A stretch of DNA of 64,000 nucleotides from Mantamonas sphyraenae STR306 (Eukaryota; Protista; CRuMs), in the NCBI GenBank assembly GCA_026936335.1, contig JAPMXV010000067.1:248001-312000 (forward strand), in the 5' to 3' direction. Positions 53,611 through 64,000 of the stretch are shown here, piece by piece. The notes below the pieces were generated by a model that was not told the origin of the DNA, searched no databases, and saw only the letters and a program-made list of their open reading frames with translations. Within the stretch, counting starts at the first letter, position 1; each line of letters opens with the position of its first letter. The position numbers and the translations under genes are program-made.

Positions 53611-56037
53611 TCACCTGTCCTGCAGCGCATCGTCAATGTGCTGTGGCATGACGCACATGTCTTGCAGCAGTGACTCGTGCTTGTCTGCTGCGGCTGCTGT
53701 GGAAGGCGCAGAAGAGGCAGACGACGGCTGATGGTCCAGAGCATGCTCCTGGATGGCTGTCATGGCAGCCGTACGCAACAAACCGTCCAAATCAGCGCCA
53801 GAGAAGCCCTGGGTGCGGTCGGCAAGGTCGTCAAAGTCGACGCCAGGGTGGACAGGAATCGCGGTGGCAATGTGCGCCAGAATGCGGGCACGGGTGGGTG
53901 TGTCGGGCAGAGCCAGGCTCAAGGTGGTGGAAAAGCGGGAGTGGCGTAGGAGAGCATCGTTGACATCGGACACACGAGGACATGTGGCGACAACGACGAC
54001 GGTAGAGCGGGTAGAATTGTACAGAGTGTCCATCTGCTTAAGCAGGGTGCTGAGCATGCGGTCAAAGGTTGCCGAGGAGGAGGATGAAGAAGAGCCCGAG
54101 TTGTGATTGGGAGCCAGGGATTGGATGCCGTCGATGCAGAGGATGCATGGTGACGAGTTGCGAGCGAGTTCAAACAGACGTGCGATGCTCTGTTCGCTCT
54201 GGCCTATGATTTTGCCCAGCAACTGCGACGACGTTGCGTACATGTAGTTTGCATGTGCGTTGTGGACGATCCAGTCCACGAGCAACGACTTGCCCGTGCC
54301 TGTGGGGCCCTCGATGAGGATGCCCGTGCACGGACGCCCGCCGTTCTGCAGCGGCGACAGCACGAGGTCCTGCAGAAGCTGTTGCTCGTGCTCCAAACCA
54401 GCCACAGGATACTTGAGAGGAGTGGGGCGCACGTGGAAGGGCGAACGCAAGCTGGTATGCACCGAACGTGTCGCCCGCAGCAAGTCGGCCGCCTGCACAT
54501 CCTCTCGATGATCTTGAAGGGCCACAAAGGCAGCCTGGCGCACAACGGCCTGCAGATCTGCAGCGACGAAACCAAAGGTGTGGTGCGCGGCGAGGTTGTG
54601 AAACACTGCGTGCGGATCGGGATCGTCAAGGCGCACACGTTGACACAATTGTGCCAGCATTTCTTCCTTGTGCTGGACAAGAGGCACAGTGAGAGCAATG
54701 CGAGTGTCCAGCCGATTTGTCTGCATCAGGGCTGTGTGCACCTCGTCCAAGCGCTGGGTGGTGGCAAAGACAAGGATTGGTGCGGCATGGCCCAGCGATT
54801 GGTCGCGGAAGTGCAGATGTTCGTCGAGCAGATTCTTGAGCAGAGTGATGAGACGCAACTGGATGGTGCCTGGCTGTTCGGGAGCCACGGTGTCGATGTC
54901 GTCGATGATGAGAGCAGCACACTGGCTGGGATGTGTGGGGAGGCTATCGAGCAGGGTGGCAGTCTGCAGGCGCGCAAAGAGGTCGTTAAGATAGGTTTCG
55001 GCCAGTCCAGACTCGGGTTGGAACATGCGAGTGGGCTGGAGAGTGAGCACACAGGCCGGATTGAGCTGCTGGAGCACCTGTCGGACCAGATGTGTTTTGC
55101 CCGTGCCTGCAAGACCGTGGACGACAAAGCCCAGGCCATGAGCGGGAGCTGGTACGTCGCTTTGTTGACATTGTTGGAGGCAGTCGTCGATGTGCTTGCA
55201 CACGAGATCGGCCTGGGCCTGGAGACCAGGGACAGCCACTTGCACGGGCACAAGTTCGTCAGGAAGCAGACGAGCACGAAGCACATCGGGAGTCAACGGG
55301 TCGTGGTACACGGTGCTTGTGTCAAGGGTAAGTTCGAAGCTTGTGTGTGGGTGGCTGACCTTGACGAGAGTGGATGCGCCGCTGGCTGCTTGCACAGCGA
55401 GCAACTGTTCGGTGTTGTACCAACGCACTATGTACAGGCGGCGGGCTACCAAACGCACATGGTCCATCATCAGTGCAATGGTATCGAGAGCCTCACGGCC
55501 CAATTTCTCCTGGACCGGCTGAGAAGAGGCGACGGTGCCAGCGTCGCCGGGCCAGTTTGCACACCATGCACGCAGTGCAGCACCACTCTGTTCGGCACTG
55601 GTCAGCACAGCAGAGATGTGTGTGCAGGTGGCTGCAGTGACAATGTGCTCGTCAGCCACGGCCGTAATGTGGCACTGCGGCTCGTCCTCTGGCGGCCAAG
55701 AGGCACACAGTTCCATGGCTACAGCTGGGCTGAGGATCAGCGCAGGGTTGTCCTCCTGTTGCTGATTCAGTTGCTCGTGGGGCGAGGCAGACACGTGCGT
55801 TGGCGTTGCTGGGTGCACGTGCTCAGGCGCTATTCGCGGGTCCTTGGCGTGATGGAGTGCGACCACGGCCAGGGCGCTGCGCTGCTCCGTGTGGTTGTGC
55901 ACGCGTACCACCTGCCCCACGTTTGGCATTGGGTCATTGTCGTCGGTGCACAGGGATGGCCACTGTTGTGCGTCCAACCACACCGTGCCCGTGTCAAAGA
56001 GCAAGGGACTGGTGGTCAGCGCAACCCACGCAGCCAT
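53611..56037 (-). CDS. Double-ring AAA+ ATPase, CDC48/AFG2-family-like (possibly SPATA5L1/AFG2B), degenerate
   Basis: Walker A motifs GLAGTGKT and GPTGTGKS, Walker B motifs LIIDDID and LCIDGIQ, plus GFVAADL and GFSGADL. Confidence 0.75.
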   Translation of the reverse strand: MAAWVALTTSPLLFDTGTVWLDAQQWPSLCTDDNDPMPNVGQVVRVHNHTEQRSALAVVALHHAKDPRIAPEHVHPATPTHVSASPHEQLNQQQEDNPALILSPAVAMELCASWPPEDEPQCHITAVADEHIVTAATCTHISAVLTSAEQSGAALRAWCANWPGDAGTVASSQPVQEKLGREALDTIALMMDHVRLVARRLYIVRWYNTEQLLAVQAASGASTLVKVSHPHTSFELTLDTSTVYHDPLTPDVLRARLLPDELVPVQVAVPGLQAQADLVCKHIDDCLQQCQQSDVPAPAHGLGFVVHGLAGTGKTHLVRQVLQQLNPACVLTLQPTRMFQPESGLAETYLNDLFARLQTATLLDSLPTHPSQCAALIIDDIDTVAPEQPGTIQLRLITLLKNLLDEHLHFRDQSLGHAAPILVFATTQRLDEVHTALMQTNRLDTRIALTVPLVQHKEEMLAQLCQRVRLDDPDPHAVFHNLAAHHTFGFVAADLQAVVRQAAFVALQDHREDVQAADLLRATRSVHTSLRSPFHVRPTPLKYPVAGLEHEQQLLQDLVLSPLQNGGRPCTGILIEGPTGTGKSLLVDWIVHNAHANYMYATSSQLLGKIIGQSEQSIARLFELARNSSPCILCIDGIQSLAPNHNSGSSSSSSSATFDRMLSTLLKQMDTLYNSTRSTVVVVATCPRVSDVNDALLRHSRFSTTLSLALPDTPTRARILAHIATAIPVHPGVDFDDLADRTQGFSGADLDGLLRTAAMTAIQEHALDHQPSSASSAPSTAAAADKHESLLQDMCVMPQHIDDALQDR

Positions 56038-56163
56038 GTTGGGGTCACGGGGGAATGGGATGGTGGGAATGGAGCAAGCCCATGGGATGGGCAATGGACA
56101 TTGGAATGATGACAATGAGCTGGGTGTTTGTTTGGTGTTGTGTTTGTGTGGTTTGCTGTCTGC

Positions 56164-58770
56164 TCAGATGGTGGTTGTGCTCGGAGAGAAGATGTTCCAG
56201 CCGACCTGGAAGAAGAAGGTGCAGATGGCCACCAGGAGCTCGAGGACATACCAGTAGGAAAGGAAGCGAGGGAACTTTGCGTCAGAGGTGGCTGCACCAT
56301 CCCTAGGGCGGTGGTCAAACCACTGTTCGCGCAGCATGATGGGCAGCTGGGCGGCCATCAAAGGCAGCAAAATTACGGTAAACACAGGGAAGAGGAGCAC
56401 AAAGACGATGCCGCCGCCCTGCGGGAAGGTCTTGGTCGGGTTGACGGCTGTGAGTTCGACGAGGACGCCGAGAAGGTTGATGTTGGTGAAGAGGATGACG
56501 ACAAACTCGACCCAGGTGCCGAGGCGGCGGTTGATGAACTTGGCGTTGTTGGCACGCACAGTCGACTCTGTTTGCATCGGGCTGATGGAAAACATCTGGG
56601 AGCAGGTGACCTCTGCTTGGGCGCCCGGAATGCCGTCTCCACCCGCTGAAGCGCAGCCCATGCGGTAGTGGAAGATCTTGAGGATATAGATGCCAAAGGA
56701 GGCCAGCCAAAAGATGAGCAGCACAACATAGGCGCCCAGGCCGGCTTCGGAACTGGGCACGCGCTCGGTGGCAAATGCCGGGAACAGGCTGAAGTAGCGG
56801 CCGTTGAACGAGTTTGTGTGCTGGATGAAGGATGCCAGGTCTGCGTGGTGGCGTTTGAACCAATAGTTGAGCTTCTCGCCATTGACGACAACGAGTCCTG
56901 CACGGAAGACGTTCTTGTCGAGATCGGTGGGCAGGAGGGCAAGCCACTGGGGGCCGAGGCCTGTGACGATCATGTGTGCATCTTCGACGTCGTTGAGTCT
57001 GGCGCACACGGTGAGGCCAAACCAGTTCTGGACCTTCATCCAAGTGGTATGCTCGGAGCGGCAGAGGCGGTAGCATCCCTCACATGCATACATGCGCTCG
57101 CGCAGAGCAAGGGCGGCCTTTGCTTCGGTCACCCTGGGGATCTGGTCCCAGACTTCGTAGCAGATGCCGTCCTTGAGCTCTGTCTTTTTGCCGTTGGGGC
57201 CTGGGGTGCAGGCGAGGCCGAGCACCTTTTGCTCGAGAAAGGCTTCCCAATGCTGATCGAGAGTTCCCTGGAAGGAGGCGGGCCCCGTGTAGAAAACAAG
57301 CATGGAAACGTTCTTGGACGGGACGATGTTGAGTTGCAGGTGGTAGGGGCTGATGTCGCCCTTGTGCTCAATCCAGCGTGTGCCGTTGCCGTTGATGTCT
57401 CCGGCGACGTGGTCAAACCACGGATAGGCAATGCCCTGCGTCTTGGGGTTGGGACGGAACTGGGTTGCCTGCTGCATCTCGATGGTGGCCGGGTCGAGGA
57501 GGGTGTAGTTTCCACTGATACCCTTGTTGGCGTGGGCAATGGCGTACCTGGTCATCTCTTCCATGGTGGACACGACACCGCCGGCGGGCCACTGGTTGCC
57601 CCAGGGCAGCTGCGGGTCGGTGACGACAACGCCGTTGACCTTGTACTTGGGCTGAGCAAAGTTCTTGTCTGCAGCAATCTTGGGGGTCAACTCGACCGAG
57701 CTCTTGGACATGCCCAGCGGGTCAAAGACGTACTTCTTGACAAGGTCAGCAAAGCTCTGGCCCGAGACGAGTTCTGCAACGACACCGGCAAGTGTGATGC
57801 CGTGGTTGCTGTAGGTGATGACCTCGTTGGCCTTGCGGATGCGAGGCGGAAAGATGGTTTTGACCGACTTGAGCGGGGCCATGCTCGTCTCGTACGTGTT
57901 GGCAAAGATGCCGATTGCACGCTCGTCAAAGCCCGCCGTATGTGTGAGAAGGTTGTGGGTGGTGATCTTCTCTGTGGTCGGGTATGTGGGTGATCCGCCA
58001 TAGTCAGAGTAGTTACCGACAATGATGTCCTTGATGAGGGGCGGGTTGGCAAGCTCGGCGTCCTTCTTGAGGTACTCCATGACGTCCTTTTTCAGGTCGA
58101 TCTTGCCGTCCTTGACGAGCCCCATGATCATGGTGGCTGTAATGGTCTTGGAGAGTGATGCAATGGGCACCAGTGTCTGTGTGTGTGGGAAGAGCGTTGT
58201 TTGCGTGTGAGCAGGCAGGGTGACGGTGAGAACCGGGGGTCCCGCGCGCAAGAGGGAAACGCAGGAAGGAGCCGTGGCAGGAGCGCAGGGATGCATCAAG
58301 CGAAGCACACGGGCGGTGATGCAGGCTCAAGGCAGACACCTCCGTGGAGCATTAGCATACGAGCATGCAAAACGCAACGGCGGGATGAGGTGGAGGGGGA
58401 ACGGTGAGGGATGCTTGCAACGAACGTTTTGGTAGTCCACAGCTTCGTCACCAAAGGAGTTCTGGTAGATAACGTCCTGGCCCTGGGTGATGACGATGTA
58501 CCCCTGGGTGACACCAGCATCCTTGGCCTTTGTTGTGAAGGAGGAACCAAAGATGGCCTGTGCGTCTGTGGTGTGCCAGGTGGAGGCCAAAATGTGGGCA
58601 GGTGTCGGTGGTGTCAGCGACGACGGAGCAAATCCGGGACGCCCTTGCAGGCGCATGCAGAATGCAGACTCACCCGCTGTGGTTACAGTGGAGCTGTTCT
58701 GTGCCACACACAACTGTGTGCAGGCAAACAGCACTGCCAGTGCCACAAAGAGTCGTGGGGTGGGGTGCAT
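56164..58770 (-). CDS. Secreted / membrane-anchored beta-lactamase-family (AmpC-like) serine hydrolase; exons 58770-58674, 58565-58426, 58176-56164
   Basis: Signal peptide, SLSK (SxxK), LLTHTAG, YSN, PLGM, PAGG, HKG and about 4 C-terminal TM helices. Confidence 0.85.
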
Positions 58771-58819
58771 TGGTGGACTGGGAATTCGGGTTGGCGCACA
58801 CATCGCGTTCATTGCTCTC

Positions 58820-59890
58820 TCAGTCGTTCAGCTGACCCATCAGCAGAGAGACCTGGTCCTGCAGAGCCTTGAGCTTCTTCATGGCTGCTCGTTTGGCCTC
58901 GTCGGACATCTCCTCCGGGTTGGAGTTGAGTTGCGCAATGGCGTCCATGCTCTGCTTGGGCCTCCTGCTCTTCTTGCCATGGGTGCTGCCCTTGCCGCTG
59001 TGTGAGGACTTTGAGTTGGCACTTGTCTTTTTGCTGCGCTTGCTCTTTGTGGATCCGGCCTGGATGTCCATGCAGCTGTTGAGGTCGCTGAGGGCTTCCA
59101 AAGCACTCATACGACGCGAGGCTGTCTTTTTGCTCTTGGTCGCCTTGTCCTTGAGCGAGGCTTTGGCACGTGCACTGGTGCGTGTGGAGCTGGTGGACGT
59201 ATCGCTGGCATCGCTGGCACGGGATCGCTTGGTGGCCGGGGCCATCTCTTCCGTGTCTGCAGTGGCATCGTCCTGGTTCTCGTCACGCTCGGATTGCTGG
59301 TCATGCCCACTGATCAAAGGTTTGTTGTTGCGCAACGGGAGCATCGAATCACGACCGGCTGTGGAGGCGATGCTGTCGCGTTCGCGCTTGCGAGCGGCCT
59401 GGTAGGTGCGGTACTTGCGCATGGAGGCCTTGCTGGCTGTGCCGTGGACAGCCTGATCAAAAGCGGCAGAGGAGTCGCGTGGGCGCGCACGCTTGGTCTT
59501 GAGTGTGCTGGGTGTGGTGAATTTACCACCCTTGCGCGGCGTGCTGATGCTCTGTTCGAGCTTCGCTTTGTCGGCTGCCAGGACAGCACTGCTCTCGCCC
59601 TTGTAGGTTTCCACAAACTCAACGATGTTCATGGTGCGTACACGTTTGTTCAACTTCATGAGGTCGATGAACACGGCGTTCTTGAGGCTGAGGCACGCCT
59701 GTTGCGCTTGACGCTGAAGTTGGACACGTCGCGCCTCAACCTCGATGTCGAATTCCTGCACGATGTGGTGCTTCGAGTAGTCTTTCTGCTTGCTGACACT
59801 CACTGGAGAGCCATGGGCAGCATCTCCTGCATGCAAATGGCCGTGCAGCTGCTCAGGCGTGTGTGGGAGCGCTGAAAGCGGAGTTCGCAT
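58820..59890 (-). CDS. Borealin/Nbl1-like chromosomal passenger protein (start uncertain)
   Basis: EFDIEVEARR...LMKLNKRVRTMNIVEF resembles the Borealin N-terminal domain. It has a basic low-complexity middle and a short C-terminal helix. Confidence 0.6.
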   Translation of the reverse strand: MRTPLSALPHTPEQLHGHLHAGDAAHGSPVSVSKQKDYSKHHIVQEFDIEVEARRVQLQRQAQQACLSLKNAVFIDLMKLNKRVRTMNIVEFVETYKGESSAVLAADKAKLEQSISTPRKGGKFTTPSTLKTKRARPRDSSAAFDQAVHGTASKASMRKYRTYQAARKRERDSIASTAGRDSMLPLRNNKPLISGHDQQSERDENQDDATADTEEMAPATKRSRASDASDTSTSSTRTSARAKASLKDKATKSKKTASRRMSALEALSDLNSCMDIQAGSTKSKRSKKTSANSKSSHSGKGSTHGKKSRRPKQSMDAIAQLNSNPEEMSDEAKRAAMKKLKALQDQVSLLMGQLND

Positions 59891-62800
59891 GGCCGTTGTC
59901 AAAAAATCCGCGTTCAAACTTGGTTTTGGCGCGCGAGCGCAACAGCGCGCAAATCAAATGCGCACGTCCAACAGTGGGCAGGAAAGCGTGGGAAGCGGTG
60001 CGTCGGATGCATCGCGGGTGTCACGCGAGCCCGTGGCGACCGTGCGTTTCGAGTTGCCGCAGGAAAAGGACAGCGACGACGAATCGCTGGGCTCAGACGA
60101 CGTGGTGGATGAGGAAACCGACCGAAAGATGCTGGAAGGCAGGCAAACACGCCGCAGGGGCATGTCGCTGGCTGTCAACCAGGCATGGATGCAAGACGGC
60201 GACTACATGGTCAACTTTTCGGGCCAGCGCATCACCGTGGAGGACTACCAAGCCCTGATGGAGGCACGCAAGCTGGCAGAGAGCCGAGAAGCAGCTGGAG
60301 GGGCAGGCATGGGTGGTGTGGAGGACGAAAGCGGCGATGGAACGGGCCATGCGGTGTTTTCTGTGAGTGTCGAGGCAGATGCGCCGCTGAGGTGGGCGGA
60401 CGTCAACTCGAGGGTGGCGCAACTGGACGCGAAACTCGCGAGCCAGCTGGAGAGCGGGAAGAGATGAGGCGTGAAGCGTCAAGCGTGTCTGGGCAAGGGT
60501 CTGAGGACAGCGAGGGGCCGGCGGACGATGAGGTGATTCCTGGGATGCTGAACGAACTGGCGCAGGAAACGGCAGCGTTGCAACGGCTGCAGTCGCGAGC
60601 GGCGCAGGAGGCAGAAGAGATGGAGCAGCGAGTGAGCGAAGAGTATTTGCAGAATGTGGGCTACGAAAGCTTGCTGACCAAGTTCCTGCGAGACATGGAC
60701 TCGTTTGTGGCGCCCGAGGCGGAGCATCCGGAGGACGAGCTGCGCTGGCACATCGACGCAGGCAATCCAAACGTGTTGTTTGAGAACCAAAAGGTGGCGT
60801 CGTTCTCCAAGATTCTTCACGACGTGTTCACCGAGCTCAAAGACATCAAACGGGCGCTGGACGGGCGGTTTGTGGAGTCGTACAAACAAATGTACGAGTC
60901 GACGGTGCGCAGCATCCTGGACCGCATTCAGGACGACGAGGAGTTGTACAACGACATGGTGGACGTGTGCACAGGTGTGTACAGCAAACTGAGGGCGCTG
61001 CTGAAGATGGAACAGCGGCGGCGAGCAGACACAGAGAGCAAGGCCACGCGCAAGCTGATGTCGGTGCTGGTGAAGGAGCACGCGGCGCTGGTGGAGCTTC
61101 AGACGCTGGAATATCAGCACCGAGTGGACTATTTGCAGGAAGAGCACGAACGGACAGTGGCCACAGTGCGCAAGGCGATGGAGGTGGAGTTGCGTTCGCT
61201 GCTGATCAAACAAGAAGCGCAGCTGTTGGCAAAGTACAACACGGGTGCAGGGGATTACATGGAGCGACAGAGGCAGCTGATCGAGAAGCACAGGGATGAG
61301 GAGGAGGAGATGAGGCGGAAGTACACAAGCATCAAAGCGACGCTGGACGTGGAGATCCGCAGCCTGCAAGAACGGTGCAAATCGCTGAACAAGCAGCTGG
61401 ACTCGGCACGCACAGAGGCGTTGGACAAAGACTTGAAAATCCGCAAGCTGGAGGCGTGGATGACGGACCTGTACAACAAGCAGAAGGAGAAGGAAGGAAA
61501 GAGCTCGGAGGAACTGAGTCAATTCCAGCGCATGCTGGAGCGCATGGACAGCGTGGTGAACTTTCACCGCAGTGGCGAAGAGAGCAGTAGCGAAGACGAG
61601 GCGGACAGCGATGAGGGCGACAAGGCCAGGCGTGGGAAATCGTCGGGCAAACGCCAAGCCCCCGAAGAAACGGATGAGGAGGAAGGCGGAAACGAGGGGC
61701 GGGAGGCGGCGGCGGCAGCAGATGATGAAGATGTGGATGCAGAGGAAAAGAAGCTGCGAAGGAAGAAGAAGCGGCTGCAAAGAACGGACCCGTACTCGCT
61801 GCAAGTTGCCGAGTTGCTGATCCAACGACCAGATCTGATGAAGGAGATGATGCAGTTGCTGATCCACGGGGGTGTGGATGCACAGGGGAACACAGTGCCT
61901 GCTTCAAAGCTGCCAGAGTGGATGTATGGGTGGGAAGATCTGCATCCAGCGGCGAGCGGAAGCGGACGGCTGCGAAAGGAGGCAGCAGCTTGCTGGCACC
62001 CGGTGGTGGACGGCAGCGCAGCGAGAGTGTAACCAGTCAATCGTCGCAACGCTCTGCATTCCGGGGCGAGGACGGACGCGATCTGCTGTCGGAATACCTG
62101 AGCACACAGGCGACGCCGGAGATGCAGGAAAAGCTGGCGAGGTCAAAGCAGGAGATTGACCAACGGCTGGGCCAAAGCGGAGGCAGTGCAGGCGACGCAA
62201 AGCTTTCAACAAAGCGTCAGGCGATGCTGACACGTCTGGCCATGCAAGGGATGGGCAGGAGCGCAAGCGGCGGCGACGGGCAAAGGACGCGACCGGTGAG
62301 TGGCACGTCACACGGGTCGAACGAAGCGCAAGCACAAGAATTAGAGGCAGTGGAGGAGGAAGGACAGCAGGGTGCAATTGGGCAGGACAACGGTGATGGG
62401 GACGAGTATGAGGAATGGTACTCCGGGGTGGATGCACTGGAACAACAGAGCGCGCTGCGGCGACACAATGCGCTGCGAAACAGAAAGAAGAGACTGCAGG
62501 AAATGATGGAAACGGGCCAAAGGAGCATGGAAATTGAGGATTATCTACGGGAGGGCCGCACGCGTTTGTCAATGCGAGAGAACGTGGAGCGTGCCAATGC
62601 ACACGGACGCACGCGAGAGGAGGCGTACCGTGAAAGCATCCGAAGGCATCGTGAGAACATTCAGAGCCAAGAGAAGATGATGGCGGAGCGGAACAGGTTC
62701 AAGGCGGAGCTGGACAACTACAGGATGCCCGTACGAAGGCGGATGTCTAGCGGAGGCGTACTGCCAGCAAGGCAGGAGGGGTCGAGTCTGCCACGAGTGG

Positions 62801-63321
62801 CGGTGGGCTCGGAAGACATCCAATTGAACGAGCAGGATGCGCTGCACACAAGGAATCACAGACAAGGAGGCGGACGCAGGAGACGCAGCAGCAACAAAGA
62901 ACAGAGTGGACCGGCAGGGGACGGCTCGCTGAACCGGTGGATGAAGCAGGCGCGGGAAGGCACGGGCGAGCAGTACCCGGACGGAGTGCAGCAGCCAAGA
63001 CGGCCTTCGACAAGCTCGGGCCAGGGTGCAAGCGGCGATGGAGGCGGCGGGATGCTTCGCAGACACAGGCGACGTGCTGGGCCGAGGATGTCGCGCACCA
63101 TGCGAGCTGTGATGCGTGACGAGGAGGTGCAAACGAACTTTAACGCGCAGCAACATACGGCAGATGTGTTTGCAGACTTTACCCAGTTTGAGAAGGAGCG
63201 CATCCTGGAGATATCGCGCAGGAAGCGGCGTGAGCGTCAGTACGACGTCGGCGTGGGAGGTAATCGATGGGTGGACTCGGTGCAATTCCAGGAGGACCTT
63301 GCCAAGATTTGGATGGGATGA
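59889..63321 (+). CDS. Large uncharacterised coiled-coil protein, probably one gene broken by two -1 shifts (~60433 and ~61976) or by unrecognised introns
   Basis: Three consecutive overlapping ORFs (59790-60467, 60185-62032, 61918-63321) with E/K/R-rich helical composition. Confidence 0.6.
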
Positions 63322-63406
63322 AGTGTGTGTGTGTGGGGGATCGGCGGCGGACAGCGTGCAAAGCAAACAACAAATTCCAACCAACAAGGGACACCCGAGC
63401 GAGTGA

Positions 63407-63694
63407 ATGTCGTCTTCGGAGGCGGTTTCCATCAAGTTTCAGGTGTGGGGCAAAGTGCAGGGTGTGTTCTTCCGTGCAAACACAAAGAAGCAGGCCGACA
63501 AGCTGGGTGTGGTCGGCTGGGTCCGAAACAACCGCGACGGCACGGTGTCGGGCGAGGCACAGGGGTCAGAGGAAGCCATCGAGTCGTTGAAGCACTGGCT
63601 GAGCAGTGTAGGCTCCAAATCGTCACGCATCGACGACGCAGAGTTTGGCGAGATCGACCCCTTTGATGCGAGCGAGTTTGTCGTCCGTCGCTGA
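63407..63694 (+). CDS. ACYP: Acylphosphatase
   Basis: VWGKVQGVFFR, GWVRNNRDGTVSGEAQG and F.VRR at the end. Confidence 0.95.
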   Translation: MSSSEAVSIKFQVWGKVQGVFFRANTKKQADKLGVVGWVRNNRDGTVSGEAQGSEEAIESLKHWLSSVGSKSSRIDDAEFGEIDPFDASEFVVRR

Positions 63695-63783
63695 CGGACC
63701 AGAGGGCAACGACCACAGCAGAGGAAGGAAAGAATAAATTGGGGGAATATGAAACCATGTGAATTGCCGGTGTGCGTGAGTGG

Positions 63784-64000
63784 ATGTTGCACACATGGGA
63801 GGAGGCGCTGGAGGCGCCAGTGCCAAAGCCGAAGATGTCCGCGCAGCTGTTTGATTCGCAGCAGATTCTGGGTGGCGACTCGGAGCCCATGCATTTGACA
63901 AATTGCGGCAATATGTTTCTGATTGGGACACGTGACGGCACCATCGCCGCGTACGCAACGGGCGACACCTGCGAAATGGTCCACCAATTCTCAACCACGG
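63784..64000 (+). CDS. 5' part of a possible HPS3 (BLOC-2 subunit)-like beta-propeller protein, running off the window
   Basis: Open frame LFDSQQILGGDSEPMHLTNCGNMFLIGTRDGTIAAYATGDTCEMVHQFSTT resembles, from memory, the HPS3 N-terminus (F.SQQ...EP...C...FST). Start is 63784 or 63835. Confidence 0.45.
   Translation, partial: MLHTWEEALEAPVPKPKMSAQLFDSQQILGGDSEPMHLTNCGNMFLIGTRDGTIAAYATGDTCEMVHQFSTT

Noticed and set aside
50793-57993. Long plus-strand ORFs 50793-52391, 54253-56109 and 56668-57993
   Set aside because: They are codon-mirror antisense frames of POLE, the AAA ATPase and the hydrolase.
1-64000. tRNA, rRNA and transposase / reverse transcriptase genes
   Set aside because: None recognisable by eye. 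Nearly all the sequence is accounted for by protein genes and introns, though small ncRNAs in introns cannot be excluded without a covariance-model search.

Overview
This is gene-dense, GC-rich eukaryotic (protist-like) genomic DNA. It has short GT-AG spliceosomal introns, often with a CTGAC branch site about 20-45 nt before the AG, and very short intergenic spacers. About 27 protein-coding genes can be supported. The first 12 kb hold a tandem array of three large ankyrin-repeat-only genes on the minus strand (36, 28 and 37 repeats of 33 aa / 99 bp). They have fixed N- and C-caps and shuffled, variable internal repeats, and are flanked by ~150-190 bp direct repeats. The middle copy looks like a chimera of the outer two. 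The rest is mostly housekeeping genes: DnaJ, PRL phosphatase, TAF13, ABHD17, an EF-hand protein, COG1, NDK, SF3B5, TMEM150/DRAM, TRMT2A, ALG2, an E2 enzyme, ataxin-10, HIBADH, YRDC, INTS3, POLE, an AAA ATPase, borealin, acylphosphatase and a partial HPS3-like gene. Several proteins have unusual architectures: a DEP domain fused to a bacterial-type flavoprotein disulfide reductase, a MICU-like EF-hand region fused to a mitochondrial carrier, an acylated IQ / calpain-domain-III protein, and a membrane-anchored beta-lactamase-like hydrolase. About six single-base frameshifts at A-runs are most likely sequencing errors. No rRNA, tRNA, CRISPR array or transposase was recognised. All family calls come from motif recognition by eye, not database searches.
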